Source: a virus
Length of the DNA: 64,000 nucleotides
Virus record (IMG/VR): IMGVR_UViG_3300034069_001889
Coordinates: 13,723-77,722 of that record
Reading direction: 5' to 3' (one strand)
This document shows positions 61,956 to 64,000 of this stretch, piece by piece. Numbering within the stretch: the first letter of the stretch is position 1; each line of letters begins with the position of its first letter. Both the position numbers and the translations under genes were made by a program. A model generated the notes under the pieces. That model ran no database searches and was not told where the DNA came from. It saw only the letters and a program-made list of their open reading frames with translations.

Positions 61956-64000
61956 GCACACCTCTCCGCGTCCGAAGTTGCGCGATGTAGGCGTCAATCA
62001 CATCGCGCCGGATCTTTAGAATAGTCTCATCCGAGTACCCTTTGCCATCGAAACGTCCGGGCAGCCCGGTACGCTTCTTGTCGGTGATGGCGGTAAACTT
62101 CGCGTACTCGTCCGGCACCTGCGACTTGGCCGTGGCCCCCGCCGTGCGCGTTACCTCAGCGCCGACAAAATCAAAAGCCGCGTCTAAGGAAACGACGGGC
62201 CTGCGAACATATTTTCGCACGTAAGCATCACGCGCCTCTTGGGTTTTCATGTTCAGGTAATCTTGGCGCAAGAACATCGCCGCGCCGCGATTGGTGACCA
62301 ACACTTGCCTCGTTTGCGTGGGCTTGGTGCTCTTTGGTCCGACGCCCGTCACCGCGTCACATCCAAGCAATGCTTGATAAAATGTCGACAGGGTTGGGAA
62401 CACAGTCGGATTGATGACCTTCTTGTTTCTGTACGCCACCTCGGTCTCGTCAATGACGCCCTGCCCAGCGTTGCGACCGGCCACTTTGCCGGTGGGCGGA
62501 CCTAAGAATTTGGTTTCCTGATTGTAATAGGTCTTGGCGGTTTCGGAATACCCGAAGAGGGTGTCGTCAAACCAAGAAGGAAGTGGCGGCTCGCCGGCGC
62601 CACCGTTCATAATATCAATCTCGTCGAAATCACGGCCGTAGGCTAGCTCCATGACGCTTGAGAAGCCTTGATTGGTCATCTGGTGAGTCACGGACTGCAC
62701 CTTAGCGATGAACGACTGCCCAGCCTCGCTGTCGTCAATGAAGAGAGCGTTAAAGCCCGGCACGAGAAAGGGATTGAACATGATCGACGCCGAGACCTGG
62801 CGGGCCGCGTAGCGTTTTTTGAAAAACAGATACGCACCAATTTCCCGAATGAAATCGTTGCGCGTCTTCGGATTGACTTGAATACCCGGGATCTCGCGCC
62901 CACTTGCGTCGACCTTAATGCTGCCGCCCCGCACCAGAGCCGTGTACGCGGGCATGAGCAAATCCGTGTCGTAATAAATTCCTTTGAGCGACTCCTCGTT
63001 CGTCAGAAAGTCCGCCTCTCGCAGCGTAGGCGCATACGAGACCCCAACGCTTTTATCTTTTGCTTTCGCGCCGTAAAAAATATCGCCGTAGGTGCGACCG
63101 TCTTTTGATTTCAGAATCTGCGATGGCCCGAGCATGCTCGCGAGGTCTGCCGTCGTCGCCTGGCGGTTATTGCCCGTCGCGTGACCCATGAAATCGGCGA
63201 ACGCGCGCGGGTAATATTGAATCGGGTACGTTGCTTCCAGCGTCTCTTTGCTCGCGGTAACGGGAAAGGAAGCTCGAAAGCCATAGCGCGTCGGCGCGGC
63301 ACGGAAATCTTCGTCAAACTCAAACCCAAGCTGCTGATTGGGGAAAATGACGTTGCACTTAGGAGGCGGAAGTAAGTACGTGTCGGGGATGAAGATGAAC
63401 TGGGCGATCGATTTGCCCTTTTGGGACCCGACCTGCGCATTGACCAGCGAGGGGAATGGCACGGTCACCGACTCGTGAAACACCAACGTCATGAGTTGCA
63501 TGAGCATCTGACGCAAGCTCATCATCCCGCCCTGTGCGCCTGTGTACGTCGATAAGAACTCTTCGACTTTAAGATCTTTTAAGAAACTGCCGAGACGGCT
63601 GCTGCTCTGAACGAAAATTCGATCGATGATGCGTAGGCGTTCGTAAGCAGCGCGGTAGAATTCATTGACCGAGGCGAGTCGCCGCACGACCTCCGCAATC
63701 CCTTTGACAATATCCGGACCCCCGTTTTTGTCCTTGAAGCGGGTGAGGTAATCGATCATGAGGGAGTTTGAATTTGCGGCCGTAGACACAGTTTGCCCGG
63801 CTGCGGCCTTACTCTGCTGATCGGGCGTCGGCTCCCCAAACAGCACCGATGGAGCTGCTTTGCCAACGAGGAAGTTTGGATTCATCAGAAAAGCTTTGGC
63901 GTCGTCCCAATAGCTTGAATAATCAAACGCCGTGATTCGGAACGCCCGGCCGTCGTGACGCTTGATCATGCTCCGACCCATGACCTCACCTTCGAAAGCC
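61948..64000 (-). CDS. Baseplate hub/tail protein (5'-truncated by window edge)
   Basis: The frame stays open past 63981 to the edge (AFEGEVMGRSMIKR...ITAFDYSSYWD); FEGEV and PPPKCNVIFP are typical of hub proteins; position in the baseplate operon. Confidence 0.6.
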   Translation of the reverse strand, partial: AFEGEVMGRSMIKRHDGRAFRITAFDYSSYWDDAKAFLMNPNFLVGKAAPSVLFGEPTPDQQSKAAAGQTVSTAANSNSLMIDYLTRFKDKNGGPDIVKGIAEVVRRLASVNEFYRAAYERLRIIDRIFVQSSSRLGSFLKDLKVEEFLSTYTGAQGGMMSLRQMLMQLMTLVFHESVTVPFPSLVNAQVGSQKGKSIAQFIFIPDTYLLPPPKCNVIFPNQQLGFEFDEDFRAAPTRYGFRASFPVTASKETLEATYPIQYYPRAFADFMGHATGNNRQATTADLASMLGPSQILKSKDGRTYGDIFYGAKAKDKSVGVSYAPTLREADFLTNEESLKGIYYDTDLLMPAYTALVRGGSIKVDASGREIPGIQVNPKTRNDFIREIGAYLFFKKRYAARQVSASIMFNPFLVPGFNALFIDDSEAGQSFIAKVQSVTHQMTNQGFSSVMELAYGRDFDEIDIMNGGAGEPPLPSWFDDTLFGYSETAKTYYNQETKFLGPPTGKVAGRNAGQGVIDETEVAYRNKKVINPTVFPTLSTFYQALLGCDAVTGVGPKSTKPTQTRQVLVTNRGAAMFLRQDYLNMKTQEARDAYVRKYVRRPVVSLDAAFDFVGAEVTRTAGATAKSQVPDEYAKFTAITDKKRTGLPGRFDGKGYSDETILKIRRDVIDAYIAQLRTRRGVRG

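Noticed and set aside
1-64000. CRISPR arrays, rRNA and canonical tRNA genes
   Set aside because: No regularly spaced direct repeats or complete cloverleafs were found by eye in the intergenic gaps, which are few and short. tRNAscan-SE and CRISPR finders were not run.

Overview
The window is a 64-kb piece of a large tailed dsDNA phage genome, with myovirus-type baseplate genes and no host housekeeping context. Most genes are on the minus strand and form tightly coupled morphogenesis operons: baseplate hub, J-like wedge, gp25-like wedge and spike; about 30 kb of fibre/appendage genes; putative portal; large terminase; lysozyme; and a holin/spanin-like cassette. It also encodes a single-chain 2036-aa beta-beta' RNA polymerase, a sigma-70-family factor inside the baseplate operon, SSB and the C-terminus of a family A DNA polymerase. 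This organisation resembles the multi-subunit-RNAP-encoding Caudovirales (mReC); that assignment is inferred, not tested by a search. Three observations stand out. (1) Eight otherwise unrelated small proteins share an N-terminal (M)FxxGFxKxA motif; one of them is a 53-codon gene absent from the ORF track. K-x-A-[S/G] motifs also recur in two larger proteins. I interpret this as a possible capsid-targeting or processing tag. (2) An approximately 310-nt structured non-coding RNA candidate with tRNA-like topology lies at 12664-12976, with its own promoter-like motif and terminator. (3) The fused RNAP has a variant NADIDGD catalytic motif and lacks the beta' N-terminal zinc-binding domain. All functional calls come from motif recognition by eye; no database searches were run.
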